This document shows, in pieces, positions 1 through 13,201 of a stretch of DNA of 64,000 nucleotides. This DNA comes from Marsupella aquatica (taxonomy: Eukaryota; Plantae; Marchantiophyta), in NCBI GenBank assembly GCA_973895155.1, contig OZ316893.1, positions 11,351,660 through 11,415,659 on the forward strand. Reading direction: 5' to 3'. Below the pieces are notes generated by a model. The model was not told where the DNA came from. It did no database searches and was given only the letters and a program-made list of their open reading frames with translations. Within the stretch, counting starts at the first letter, position 1. The number at the start of each line of letters is the position of its first letter. The position numbers were made by a program, and so were the translations under genes.

Positions 1-1464
1 AGATTTTCCCGCGTCACCATTCATGCAAAGCTTGATAGCCACGCGTCCCACTATCTACAAGCTCCGTCAATTGTGCATCTCAAGTCCTGTCATATACCGT
101 CACCATCTCCAGCCGATCTTGGAGAGGTATCTGCAATAATTGTTCTGCTACCGTTCTTGAAATATCCGATCCCCTACACGCTTCGTCCTTGATCACAATC
201 AGCTCTCATAATTAATGAATCAACAATATTCATCGAGCCCTCTCAGGAGAATTGAAGTCCTATTCCGTCAAATCTTCGGTGATTCGCGAGTACCGTCCGG
301 CATTCGAGTTGTACATTGGACGTTTACATCCAATGTATAGCTCTAGTGTCGCTGGAGCTAGAGCTGCAGCTCTCTACGTACTATCAAAGCTGTGAAGAAG
401 TCTTGGACGAACAAACAATGTTTTCAATTCCTCTAGTCTGCTGGACCAAATACACTACTGTACCAAGTTTGCCCATGCCGGAGGACCAACCAATTGTAGA
501 GGATTCTCCATGCCAAGTTATGAAATGGGAATGAGAGTGAAAGCAATTCTTGTCCCTTCAAGACATGCACGACAGTAAAGACGAACAATCATGAAAAATC
601 ATGAAACCGAATTGCTGGAGGTTTCAGTACTTTTGAGGCATACTGTGATAGTGGGAGTATCTTTCGGCTAATCACAATGTCTGATTAATGTTCTTAATTT
701 CAACGTTAAAATGACTTACACACGGAAGTGTACCTCAATTCACTTAATTTCGAAGTGACTCTCTAGTGCTATACATTGTGTCGACAAGGCATGACTGATG
801 AGAATGTGGGTTTGAAAACCAGCCTGAGAAAGACAGTTGAAGCGACAGTTGAAGGTGCTACGTGATACTCGAGACTTTGACAGGCACTCTCTCGCTTCCT
901 TTCCTTTGGAATGATAATCTTGACACTTGATACTCTCATTCCAACGAGTACGGTGTGCTGTAATGGTTCATTCCGGCGGCATACGCGCCTATCCAACAAA
1001 TTGCCTGTCAAGCCCATTACTCCAGCGATGACACCACAAATATTTCCGTGATATTTGTCTGCTCGAGGGCTTGATTGGACCAGCACGACCGGATCGTCCA
1101 TCTAATTAACTACGCCACACGCATAATTATCTGGGATTTATTAAAGTAGGGAATTGTACAGTAGATCCCGATAGTTTTTCTTGAGCAGCTCATTTCCAAG
1201 AACTAATTTAGGAAACTACACACAGCGGCCCGTTTCCACGAACAATGACACACGTCCACAATTGGACTCACGGCCCTCGTGCAGCAGAATTGGTATTGAC
1301 GGAGATGCGTAATTTATTGAGAAGCTAGTAAGGGTCGACCGTACCACGCGCATTAGGCACTGCAGCTTTTGAGTCTCAAACTAGAACTCATCTCGTTCAA
1401 TCAATTACCGAGTTTTCGCTTGAGCTTTCGGTATTAGACCATCTCGCATGTGAAGAGACCCCGG

Positions 1465-1652
1465 AACAGACCGTCCTTGGGGATTCACGATTTTGGCATT
1501 GGACCCATCTCACATGTGAACGGACCGTTGTTGAGCATTCATGATAATATTTGGCATTAGATCGATCCACCTCCAATGTGAACAGATCGTCCTTGCGGAT
1601 TCACGATTTTTTGGCATTGGACCCATCTCTCCTGTGAACAGGCCGTCCTTTG
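1465..1652. repeat. Degenerate tandem/direct repeat, 3-4 partial copies of an ~55-bp unit
   Basis: Recurring ACAGACCGTCCTT..GGATTCACGATTTTGGCATTGGACCCATCTC..ATGTGAAC near 1466, 1520, 1581 and 1637. Confidence 0.75.
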
Positions 1653-2417
1653 AGACAATCAATAGTAGAGTGAGAAAATTTCGAAAAAGATTCTGTAAGA
1701 GACCGGGCCAGTAAATTACCACCAAGATTTGTTTAGAGTACCAAGGTTTCAGCAAGGAATTTCAGTACAGTTTCAGTGGCGGTTGGTTAACTTTGAGAGA
1801 ATTTTGCAATACTCCAGAAAGTACAAAAACACGATTGAACGTTAACCATCGTAAAGTCAAGTTATGGTGCATGATTCCATTTCAGTGGCGGACAACTTTT
1901 GTAAAAAATTTGGATTTGAATGTTTTTCATGCATCATGGGGCCCTAGATCACGGAATGACATAAAACAAGAATTATAAAACAAGAATGTAAAACCGCCTT
2001 TTGGTAGATCTCTTCCATTGCTCCCCTTTCAGCAATGAGATGTGAATTGTTTTCATACGCCCTTGTACTATCTAAACTTCACATATATTTCAACCTACTC
2101 AATAATAAACTGGAACTTCATGACAAAATTGCAAATGATGGCGCATCATGTGCAAACTAAGAGTTGAACAGTACTGATAAGACTCCCAAATCTGATTGTC
2201 AAACGTGGCCATAGTCCGGCGATAACATAACTGAAGAGAGAGTTCTGTGCATAAGATACGAAAACTTCATCAACGTTCCGAAAGGGCAACAGTACTCAAA
2301 ATAGGGTGCCCAAATTTCTCCTAGCTACGAAAGGTGAAGACGGAGCACAAGTTTTCTTAAAGTACATGAGAAAGCTGATATACGATCCCAGAAATGTCTA
2401 AAAAAGTTTTGCCTCAA

Positions 2418-2590
2418 AATCCCTGATATTGCAACATAAGGGCAAGACAGAGTATTCTTAATTTACATGAGATATCCCTGATATTGAAACAGCAGGGAAG
2501 CGTAGACTATTCTTAATTTACAGGACAATATCCCTGATACTGAAACAGCAGGGAAGCATAGATTGTTCTTAAATTACGTGAGAACTATTC
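2418..2590. repeat. Tandem repeat, 3 copies of ~56-58 bp, downstream of the RDR stop
   Basis: ATCCCTGATATTG(A/C)AACA..AGGG.A...AGA.TATTCTTAATTTACA near 2419, 2474 and 2530. Confidence 0.8.
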
Positions 2591-2838
2591 CTAAGAGGAG
2601 CCATCTAAAACTAGATAGTCTGTGAGGTCTGCATTGAAAGGCTCCCTAGAGTACTAAATTCAGCACTGTGATCTATGGATGCTGTCCAAAAGACACCTGA
2701 TCTCCATTTTCAAGATCGACCGGTCTACTCTCTCCATTTGCTTCAGAGAATGTCTAGTGATACAAAATACACATCCAGGGCTCAACTTAATATATACAGC
2801 GCTGATGACAGACATCTAATCCACCAGGATTGTTCGTC

Positions 2839-5800
2839 TCAAAAATTCCGAATGCGTCGATTTCTCTTCTTCAAATTTAAAAGAGTTTCATGAACCACCC
2901 AAGGAAAGCTTAGCAAATACTGGTGCCCATTGCCAGCGCTAGGGTGAACGAGGTAGCTCGCATCATACGTAACATGGTACCATGCCGAAGCTTTTGCGAA
3001 GGCTTCGTATTCTTCCAAACCTGGTGCGCTCGAGTTCGCCGAGTGCTCACTGTGTGCATCGTCATAACCATGCTTGAACCAGCTGCGGGCTTCACTCTGT
3101 AGAGATCTCACGGCGAATCCGATCCTGTCCCTTACTTCATTTTGTCCCTTTACATAGAACTTTGACAGAGGTAGAATGTTGCCACTCAAAGCCTCAGCTT
3201 CGGTTTTGATTCCATACTGGTTCATTAATCCTACCAACTTTGCATCGTACCAACTTTTCAACATCTTTGCTTCTTCGATGTGTTCCTCAAAGCCGTGCCA
3301 AACCAGTTCCCTGTCGAAAGTCCGGACAATGCTATCTTTTGTAATAGTGGAGATAAGGGTCTTATCCTTGGCTTCGCCCACGACTGCGCGGAAGAGCTTT
3401 CCAATGACCCGTTCTGATGTATAAGTCATTTTGTCGTCCTTCTCCATGAAGTCTGGATATGTTGTTGCCCTTAGATGGGGGCTCATTACAGCAGGTTTCC
3501 CGGTCTTTGGAAAGTCTACCGCTTCTGTGAACAGCATTGCAAGCTCTAAGCACTTTGAATCTCTTGCCATCGCAGGCTCTTTGTCCGCATGGACAACATG
3601 AGCATTCGCAATTATTCCCAGTGCGTCACTCTTCATGTACTGCACAAAAAAGTCTTGAATATCCTGAAAGTTGCCCAAACCAATCCCAACAACCCAGAGG
3701 TCAGTATGCGGGAAAATCTTCATCACGGTCACAACTTCAGTCTGCACCAACGAAACTGTTGAGGAACAGTAAAGAACAGGGACTGGGTTCTCTAAAGTGT
3801 GAAAAGGACATTTTTCTATCACCGTCACACATTGAAGTGCCGTAAACTACTGTAGGCAGCCGGGAAACCAAAGTTATGCGGCCAAATAAACTGTCTCGAT
3901 TCCAGGCCAAGATTCTTACTGGAAACGCTCAGCAAACTGGTGTCGCTTAGAGAAACTTACCTCTATGTTTACTGGACGCGGGAGTGAAGTGATCTCCGGA
4001 GGATCGTAACTCATCGGTTCAGAAGTCTGGAATGGGACTAACAACCGGTCCCAAGTTACAAAGTAAAGATCCCCGTCCAAATCACTGCCTGAACATTCAT
4101 TTGGATGAGGCCTTCATTCCGGACAAAATGTACACAAGAGTAAGGTTAGTGACGATGACTTCAAACTGGCGTCACAAACCTTGCAGAACAGAAGAAAACA
4201 ACTCCAGAGCCACGCCCGCAAACTTCTACTCTTAGCAGACATACAACGAACACCCATTTGCTATTTGTTCTCCTTCGACACGCAACTATGCACGCAGTTT
4301 TGGGCGAATAATACAAATTCTGCAGGAGTGATGCTATCCAACCTTCACTGAAACCAACCCTCAACACCTAAATAACTTTCTCCCACAATCTACCCATTGC
4401 GCTAACCCACATCGATTCACACGCCGACCAACCAGAGGGGTCAGGCTCTTTTGTATGGTACCTGATACCCCGTTGTGGGAAGACAACACAATCCACCATG
4501 TGATCCAATTCTGGAACACCCACAGCTAGGAGCACCCTAACGTCCCCTGGGTGCAGACAAGGATTCTTCGCCACCACAACTGGACCTCTCACTACACACT
4601 TGCCATCGTCTTCGTACTCCAGACCGTCGTTTATAAAGCTTCGACTTCCAGGAAAGCTCGAAACTCGCACAAAAACTTGTCCGTATTCAAGAATTCCAGT
4701 CTCATCTAGGCAACCCATCATAGTTCTGCCCTTGGAAACTAGAATCCTCGACTTAGTGCGCAGCTGCAACAATTGAAAGGCCCTGAAGGCTTGCAGCAAG
4801 CTCAGCAAATACGGCTCTTTTGTGGGATGGTATTCGGCCTTCAGCATTGCAACAGCTGTCTGGTGAGTTGCACCCGAGCTTGTCATTTGCAGAATATCCA
4901 GAGCCACAGACATGTCACTAACAACTTCATTCAGCTTCGACAAAACCAGTTTCTGCATTTCCTCAAAGATACAGTCTTCGATTCCGAGAGTAGAAAGCAA
5001 TGTTATGATTTGTCTGTTTAAGTAGCATGGTAACCTTTTGCTCCAGCTAATTACCTCCAAATCAGAATGCTCAGAATCGAATTTTCTCATACTGTTGCGC
5101 AATGACAACTTGTGCAGTGACCCGTGGCTGACAGCAACCACCCCTTTGAAGCCACCATACCGAATCTGAAATGCTGAGGGAACAACCCCATGGCAATGAC
5201 ATTTTGCAGCAACTCTCCTAGCAAATGAAAGCGAAATCTTGCCAATGCCATCCGAGAAGCAATATTTGCCATCCCCAGTCTCGATGTCGTCAATATACTC
5301 AACCTCCCAACTTTCCACAGGTAATGTTTTTGTGGTCGAGGAGAAACATTGACCCATTCGAGCAGCACATTTTGCAACATTTCGTATACGCAGGAAATTC
5401 CCCATCCACTCCCGGATGCTGTTTGCTGACACATTATTGGCCTTAGCAAACATCCAAACTGAATGATCCCTAAGCTGACTTGAGGAAAAGGCCAGAAACT
5501 CAAAATGCTTTCCTTCTAACCAAATGCCCTCTTTCAGAACTGTCATAATCCTTCTGTAGACATCTGAGTGGCCATTCCGGTTTCCAGAGTCTGAAAGGGC
5601 TTGTGACCCAAGGTTCGACTGATCCTCCTCTATGAATGAGACACGAATGAAATTATCAATCTCGTCGATGCATTCCCTTGTAACCCTATTCGAGACTTCT
5701 GCCTCACGTCCATAGCAGTAGATTTTTGTTGGGCTCACCGTCACACGATACACCCAGATCAGCCCATCATCAAGTTGAATTGAGGTTGACGTAGGCAGAC

Positions 5801-7427
5801 GAATACGACCCATCCGGATCTTGTTCAGCTCATTTTCCAGCCACTGATCTGGATTGACAGTCACCATGGTGGTGGTCACTTTTAGTTTCTGAAGAACCCA
5901 CATAGCGTTTTCTTCAGGTGTCCGATAGAGTAATTCAAAGAACTTGAGGTTAAGGCTTGGACCACTAAGGTTTCCCACTTGCACAAGAGCATTCAAGACA
6001 AACATGACCTTGAAACTTAAAGAAAACTGAGTCGGACACTTCATGAGAGGCACGAGCACGTTCGGGGACGTATCTGCATAAGACCCGCTAGTCTTGAATT
6101 GTAATAGACGAATATCAGCTGAGGCTAGTCGATAATCCTCCAAACAGGAAAGAACTTTGGATAGGTCTGTCGTTGGTACAGTTCTCGGAAATTCCAGTAG
6201 ATAGGCAAAGCACTGCCCAATGCTTCTCATTACGGTGAAGTCAACAGTCCGAATCCAAGGCTGCGTTGGCCTCGAAACGAGATTCGAGATTTGGATGAGG
6301 AGATCTGAAAAATTTCTGACACCTTCTTCGCGGAATATGTGCGGAGGATGCCACAGCTGCCAGACAAAACAAAAAAGTGACAATAGCATCGTCCTCCATC
6401 AATAATTTCTGTTCTAAAAAGTCGTTAGCCGATTTGTCAGATTTATCAATACGGCCGACTGGGGTCGAACTTTAAGACTTCCCGGTCAAAATTTCCGACT
6501 TCAATTATTTTCCAACAATTGCGGGGCAGTGCACCGCGCACACTATACCTTGTCATGCTAATTACAGCCCATTTTATCAACAGTCATAAGTGGCGTATAT
6601 CTCACAGTTGTCTCCTCTTCATTTTCATTTTAGCATACAAATTCAGATCAATTCCGTTGAAACAATCAAGCATGTCCTCTCATCTGTCAAGTGTCACCTC
6701 AATAAAAAAATGGGTATCGAAAGTACCAATCTTAATCAGGACATAACTTGTAGGTGCTTCTTCAGGCTTCATCTCTCCTTTTGACACTACATCTTGAATT
6801 TACGTCACGGGAGACAAATTTCAGAGAAAGAGAGCATGGAGTGGTGAGAAAGTAAGAATGTCCAACCTCAATCAGCAGCAGTGGACCTTTTGATGACGAG
6901 CCAGCTGTCTTTGCTTGGTGAATGCAGAAGATGTTCCTGAATCGAAACTCTAACTTATATGATTTCGTTGTCGAGTACCCAATACCATCAAAGTCGGCCT
7001 GGCCGTCAACCCTGATTTTCAGATCAAGCTTGCGCTCACGGAAATCGAACTCAGATTCAACAATCTTGCTACTGGACCACAAAATGTGGAAAGTGTCACC
7101 AGTAAGACATCCCATCGACAGAGCATTCCCTTCCAGTCCAATGACACTATGGTCGGGATTGTGCTTCACTTGTCGTTTGGAAACATTGATTCGTAGTAGA
7201 CGTCCCTGTAACCTCATTCGAGAGTTAGCAGCGAGGAATCGAACTCGCTCTGCAAATGCTTCGTCCGAAAAGGTTACAAATCCGTAGCCCTTGTGGCTTG
7301 TTTGGAAACTTTCTCGCCGGAGCTCGCAAGAGCACACTGCTCCCGGCCGTGTTACGCTCTCCAGGAAAGTTTTCAGATCCCCCTCTGTGACTGTGTAGAG
7401 TACGTTGCTCACATGAACCTCTTTCAT
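2839..7427 (-). CDS. RDR1: RNA-dependent RNA polymerase, RDR-alpha clade (RDR1/RDR2-like); 4 exons approx. 7427-6867, 6356-4462, 4111-3961, 3663-2839
   Basis: N-terminal RRM (VHVSNV...KGYGFVTF). RdRP motifs AARMGQCFS, FSDGIG, AFQIRYGGFKG, AKNPCLHPGD. Exon 3 reads PHPNECSGSDLDGDLYFVTWD with the catalytic DLDGD. C-terminal KASAWYHVTY and LSFPW. GT-AG joins keep frame. RDR1 versus RDR2 is not resolved by eye. Confidence 0.93.
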
Positions 7428-8534
7428 CTTTCCCCAAGGTGAAATGCTTTGAGTGGGTTATTACTGAAGTTTGGGCCGAAGTCAGTCCTCTCACACGAAG
7501 TTCAAGCCCGTCGGCAAATTGGTTCGGCTCTCTGCACAATGTTGATCGGAAGCAACTACCCTTGCCTCTCAAATTGCTCAAAGACGAGAGCTGAACAAGA
7601 ATCCCGACACATTCAATTCATCCCCAAGTCATTGGCTTACGGCTGCCTCGCTATTTGTCACATCCCAAACGGCGAACCGTCGGCCGCAAAATGTATTCGG
7701 TTACCCTTTCGATGCCTGCATTTATAGATTTTCTTTGCTCGAGCAAATTGATTGAACTGTACAATGTGCCCACCAAGTTATGAATGTTAGTAGAATCCCT
7801 GTTAGTTGGCTGCACTCATCCAACAAGCAGACATTTGTGCAAGAACTTCGAGATCGCGCGAACGTTCGTCTCAATTATTCATCCAAGCTGGTTTCCAGAC
7901 TAACCTTTCAGCAAATTGTCAATGGTAGCGCCCGTTGCAGGAGAGCACGAAGACTCGAAGAGGAGCACTTGCCTAGGCCCGCTACTTGCAGCACGTGAGG
8001 AGTCCACTGCCACAATCATGATGACGACTCAGAGTGCAGATAGCAGGTAAGAAATCAATTGACTCATCTCTAGTTGACGGGAAGGAGGTCACGAAACTTG
8101 AACATGGTCAACATAACTCGTGCCAGTACTTGGCACTTGGAAGCTTTCAATGAACGCCTAGCTTTACAACTTCCATCATTGGCCCCGCTCACCACATAGA
8201 TGGAAAGAGTTCCATGGTTTCTTCGACTGTAAGTAGCTCAATTCGGAATGAGCTCAATTCGGAATGCAAATGAAGCCAACCCTGTCGGCCACAATCTGTA
8301 AGAAGAATTCCAGTCAATCACACGAATGTAATCTATGCCCTCCCTTGCTCTGCCCTCTCGTACTCTGCCATCTAGTGAGTGGAGCCACCGTGCCTCCACT
8401 TGTCACACGCCAGCCAGCAAGTCCAGCATCAGCTGCAATGCCACATTCATCGCAAGATAAATTGAGCTCAAGTGCAGGCTCCAGCCTTACGAGGATCAGT
8501 CATAGCAATGAACAGATTCAGGACATTTCCCGCC

Positions 8535-8800
8535 TCAACACCATTCGTACAAAGCTCCTTCCCACCGTTCATTCGCAAGCTGCAGGGGATCCAATTGGGT
8601 TTCTCCCGCAGCCTCAACACCATTCATACAAAGCTTCATGGCTACGCTTCAATGCTTTCCCCCATTCCACGAGCTCCACTGCAGCAGGGTCCAATTGGGT
8701 TTTTCCACTACCCTCAACGCCAGTCATACAAAGCTTCAGAGCTTCGCTTCCCACCATTCCACAAGCTCGCTCCACTGCAGGGTCCAATTGGGTTTCTCGA
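8535..8800. repeat. Imperfect tandem repeat, 3 copies of ~95 bp, probably a TE remnant
   Basis: GG(A/G)TCCAATTGGGTTT near 8587, 8687 and 8780; CATACAAAGCT-like blocks repeated between them. Confidence 0.75.
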
Positions 8801-9387
8801 GTCCTGCTGTCTACAATCACCATAAGTCTCCAGCCGGTCTTGCACAGGGGATGTCTGCCACCTTCCTCGAAATACCCATTCGTCCCCGATCACATCACAA
8901 TCAGCTCCGATATTCAACAATGAGCTCACACTCCCGAGTCCCGAGAACTGAATCCAATTCCGTCAAATCCTCAATAGACAATCAGTGCAGAACAAGCACC
9001 TTCTTCGCAAGTAAGGTATCGTCCAGCATTCTAGTTACATCCAATGATTCCAAGCTACAGCAATAGAGTGCGCCAGCTGGAGCTAGAGCTGTAGCTCGCG
9101 CCTTGCTTGTCCAAGGGGATGAACACGAAGTCTTGGAAGAAGCTAATGGTCTTCAATTCGTCTACTGTAGATTAATCTCTACAGCCCAGGACCAAAAGCA
9201 CCAAAGTATGCGCATGATGCGCGACCAATTGTGGGGGATTCTCGACTGTGAGCCTTGAAAGATTCACGAGAGGGAAAGGAGCTGTGAATTTCTTTCATGT
9301 ACAACAGCAACTAAACTTCCACCAAAATTTATAAATCAGGGAAACAACAGAGCACAATGAAAGGGAAAAAAAAAAGGTCCAAATAGA

Positions 9388-9525
9388 ACAAACACCAAAC
9401 AAGGAAACCTAAGTCCAGCCCTGGAAAAAGAGAAGAAGAGAAAGGAAAAGGTGCTAAGACCAAACACCAAACAAAGAAAATTAAGTCCAACCCTCCAAAA
9501 AGAGAATAAGAGAAAGGGAAAAGTA
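9388..9525. repeat. Direct duplication of ~72 bp
   Basis: CAAACACCAAACAAG.AAA..TAAGTCCA.CCCT..AAAAAGAGAA.AAGAGAAAGG present twice. Confidence 0.75.
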
Positions 9526-9778
9526 GCTAACAGTTCACTAGGGGCACATCAGAAACAAATGTGATAAGAACTAATGGTACACATTTCTAACTAAATCAGC
9601 AAATGGTACGGGAAAGTACTCTAGGGGGCAAGTGTCTTTGGAGGCAAAAAAAAATACAAATTGACAAAAGTCCTGCAAAATCATTCCCCTGTGATGATAT
9701 GTAAACTCAAGGAAGGAGTGGCTGGAGGTTTCAATAGAGTTACTTAATGCCCTTCATGATTTTTCACATAGCTATTTT

Positions 9779-9933
9779 TACCTTGTGATTATTCAGTGCA
9801 TTCTTGGAGAGTGATACCTTGTGATTTTTCAGTGCATTCTTGGAGAATGATGGGCTGTCAAGATTTTGGATTAACTCTTGTGATTTTTCAGTCTTTGAGA
9901 AGAATGCCCTGTCAAAATTTTGGATTAACTCTT
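9779..9933. repeat. Short degenerate tandem repeats
   Basis: CTTGTGATT(A/T)TTCAGT three times; CTGTCAA.ATTTTGGATTAACTCTT twice. Confidence 0.7.
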
Positions 9934-12900
9934 TACGGGCCAGGGCGAAGACTTTTATCTGGTGGATCAGTGCCCAGGGGCTAGAGCCCTCAGGATCGGG
10001 AAAGGAACAGGTGTACTCTGCTGTGCCCTGCTAATTGGAAACTACCCCCCACCTTTTAAGTGTATCCATGCTTGGCGCTGTTGGCAGCTGACACAGGCCA
10101 GGTTGCATGTTGCACTCACTGTTTTTCTTGGCCCAGTGTTGGGTTGCTCTCAATGCTTAAATCCATGGCTGGGATTTCACTCAGTGTCATGGCCATTATC
10201 TTTTATCAGGACTTTTATCAGACCTTTTGGTATGTCAGGAAGGAAAGAACAGACTTTGCTCTTGGAAAAAGAAAATCTTTGATCTCGTATTAATGGTGGT
10301 TTTTTTCAGAGGCTACGGACCATTGCACTCACCAGGCTCTGTTGTGCAGCCAAGGAGGTGGTGATTATGACCAGATTAGGCTGGTTACCTCATTTGTGGT
10401 ACTCGGATCTCATCTTAGTAACACTTTAGATGGTTTTGCTGTTATTGAGCTGGTTAGAATGTCTTGCCTGGTCTAGCAGACTTTTTGGGCCTGCGGGCTG
10501 TTCTTGCTTCTTCTCTTTCCACTCGGTCGGGGTTGTTCCCTGGCTGGATGTTGCTTTGTATCTGGGTGTTATGCCCCGCTTCCCAGGTTGGGGTGCCATT
10601 TATATTTCGATGGCCTTTCTAGGTCCCCCTCTCTGTAGGGTCCATGCCGGGAAAAAAACAAATCACCCACTAGGTGTTGGAGAGAGAAGGAAACCCATGG
10701 CTGGTAACCAAGAAAGAACCTACTATGGTGAGTGTCAGAAGGGAATTTAGTGGGGACGTTGAAAGCCTTTTGGACCCAATGACATTTTATTCTGCTACAA
10801 AGAAAGTGGCACACACAAACCATCCCTCGATGCTTTGGTCAATTGTGGTTTGTTTTGTTTTGGCATAGAATTATATAATCCAGAGGAGTTTTGCAAGGAG
10901 CTTTAGCCTGATCGAACCCACATGCCCACCAACCAGCCTCCAACAAGATAAGTGAGCAGTTTTCATTCACCCTCTTTTTCCACCCTCTACCCTTGGTCTT
11001 GCAAAGGGGCCATTTGGGATCAGAAGAGTATTGCTGGATCCTTCAATACTAACAAGTTCTAGTGTCTCACCCTCATTTTTACAACAAGGGTACTAAGAGG
11101 TTTAGGGGACAGTTAGCGAGTGTGAAACTGTCTGACATCTTCACAATTTCTGTCCTTTTGTACCCCATACACCCATTCTTGCGAAGAGGTGCATGCATAA
11201 AAAATTTACTGCATTGGAGCCAAATGGTTATATTGTCTCACTCTCATTTTCACACAAGGGTTAGGAGCCAGAAAAGACTGTCAAATTAATATGAGCCTCG
11301 AACCTTGATCCTAAAACCTGATGGCACCGAATGCCAATCCCCTGGCTACTTGAGCTAGACCACAATGCTTCAAATCATGTGGTTGGTTCTTTGTAGTTTG
11401 TATTACCAAGGTGGCAGAATTAATATTCTTGTTGCCTTATACCCATAGAAGATCTATTGATCATAGACTATCATCTTTGTGTATAGTAATGCCCTGTTTC
11501 CTGGCTATATAATGGCTATATAATGCCTAAATAAGCTGGTGGTTTAGCCCAAGTTTTGATCGAGGGACATTATTGCCCATAACGCCATGATAACTCTTTC
11601 TATTTCGCTTTCCTTTTCATTTGTTTACACTTGAAGAACAACTCAAATTTCATGCAAATTGATATTTTACTTTTTTTACCAAGAGACAAGTAAAGGACAA
11701 ATTGTAATATGCCCTTCCACAGCCTGTGATGGGTACTCTGTTCAAGAAAATTAACAAAATACAAAGATTTTTCCATAAGGGAAGTAGCATGCAACATTGT
11801 AGGGTAGCACACCAGGGGGGGATGATACCAATTCAAGGATCCCAACATGGGACCCTACTAGGAGGGAGGGACTCGGATTAAACCACGGCTGTTGGACGTT
11901 TGAAGTTTAATTTTCTTCTCATCTCAGGAAACTTTATACGTTTTTCCTTAAACGTCACATAGCTTAGACATTTTTGAGCGTGGCCCAATTTTCGCACAAA
12001 CTTTATAATTTGATTAGTTTTGTGCGAACCTAAACGCCACTAATGTATGACCCAAAATGGTCCCATTGTTTGTGCTGCGAAGGCGGCAGAAAACTACAGT
12101 ACTACAGTACTACAGTACTACAGACACCGAATGATGGTAGTTGAGCGGATCACAATCATAGCCTTTCCATTGTTCTCATGGGTGAAGTCTGTGGAAATCG
12201 TGTTATCGTGGGCTGGTCTGGGAATTTTTCTTCCTCGCTGAAGGATTCGAAAGCAACATGACATCCAAGGCGGGAAAGCAAGAGGTGCAGGACGGTGTCA
12301 CCCATCTACTGATTTGTGGCGACAGCGCGGGAAGAAGGTAGAGGTCCGAGCTAAGATTCAATTGGGGGCAATGGGGCCTTCCAGACTGCTGGAGAGTTTC
12401 TTCCTTGCTCCAGGATTCGAAAGCAAAGATCCAGAGCAGGAAAACAGACAGACAGAAACAAATGCAGTTCAGTATCAATCGTCCGTTGATCTGTGGTAAC
12501 AGAGGATGGAAGAAGGATGAGCAGTCACGAGTCGGTGTGGATTAGATTGTGAGGATTGATTGATGAGTCACTGGGAAGGATATCGGACGTCGGGGCGGCA
12601 TGACGAACTTCAGATGGGGATGGTGAATCTGGTAAGTTCTCTCTTCCATTTTCGTACCTGCAACGTGAAGACGAGCTAATTTGTAGAATGATCCTGAACT
12701 GGGCGTATACTTGATCCTGAGACTTTGCATTGGTCGTCTCTTAAGTAATGAGCAGGGACTCTGGAATACAACGAGTGTGGGGACATTGTACAACGAAACC
12801 AAATGTATGTTCGAGCCCAACACTCACTACCTATTTTATACATTCAGATGCATTCTGCCACAGTGATTCTCTATCTTGTGGCTGGACGGTTTTAGTGTAG

Positions 12901-13201
12901 TGTCCCAATCTGATATGGTTTCACTTTGGTTGTCCGTAGATTGAAATTTTATGACGTAAGGGCTGAAAAGTTTAATCTCGTTGATTACTTGGGTTTGTTT
13001 CACAAGATTGCGAGTGGGATTTCTGCACTACGCTGCCACTGCTGTGAATAAAACTTCCTTCCAAGACCAAAAGCGACACTCACTAAGCATTTTCATGGGA
13101 TTGTTAGGGAGGCCGTGGTCGTCACAAAGGGAGCAGCCAGAGATTTATTGCTCACAAGTTATCAAAGACGAGGTATGTGAAGGTTTGCCCAGAGTATAGC
13201 A

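Noticed and set aside
1-1101. Short ORFs 316-534 and 769-1101
   Set aside because: No recognisable domain or splice context; probably UTR or intergenic sequence.
8264-9066. Overlapping ORFs open in three + frames (219, 117 and 142 aa)
   Set aside because: They span a stop-poor tandem repeat, show repeated peptides and match no protein family I recognise.
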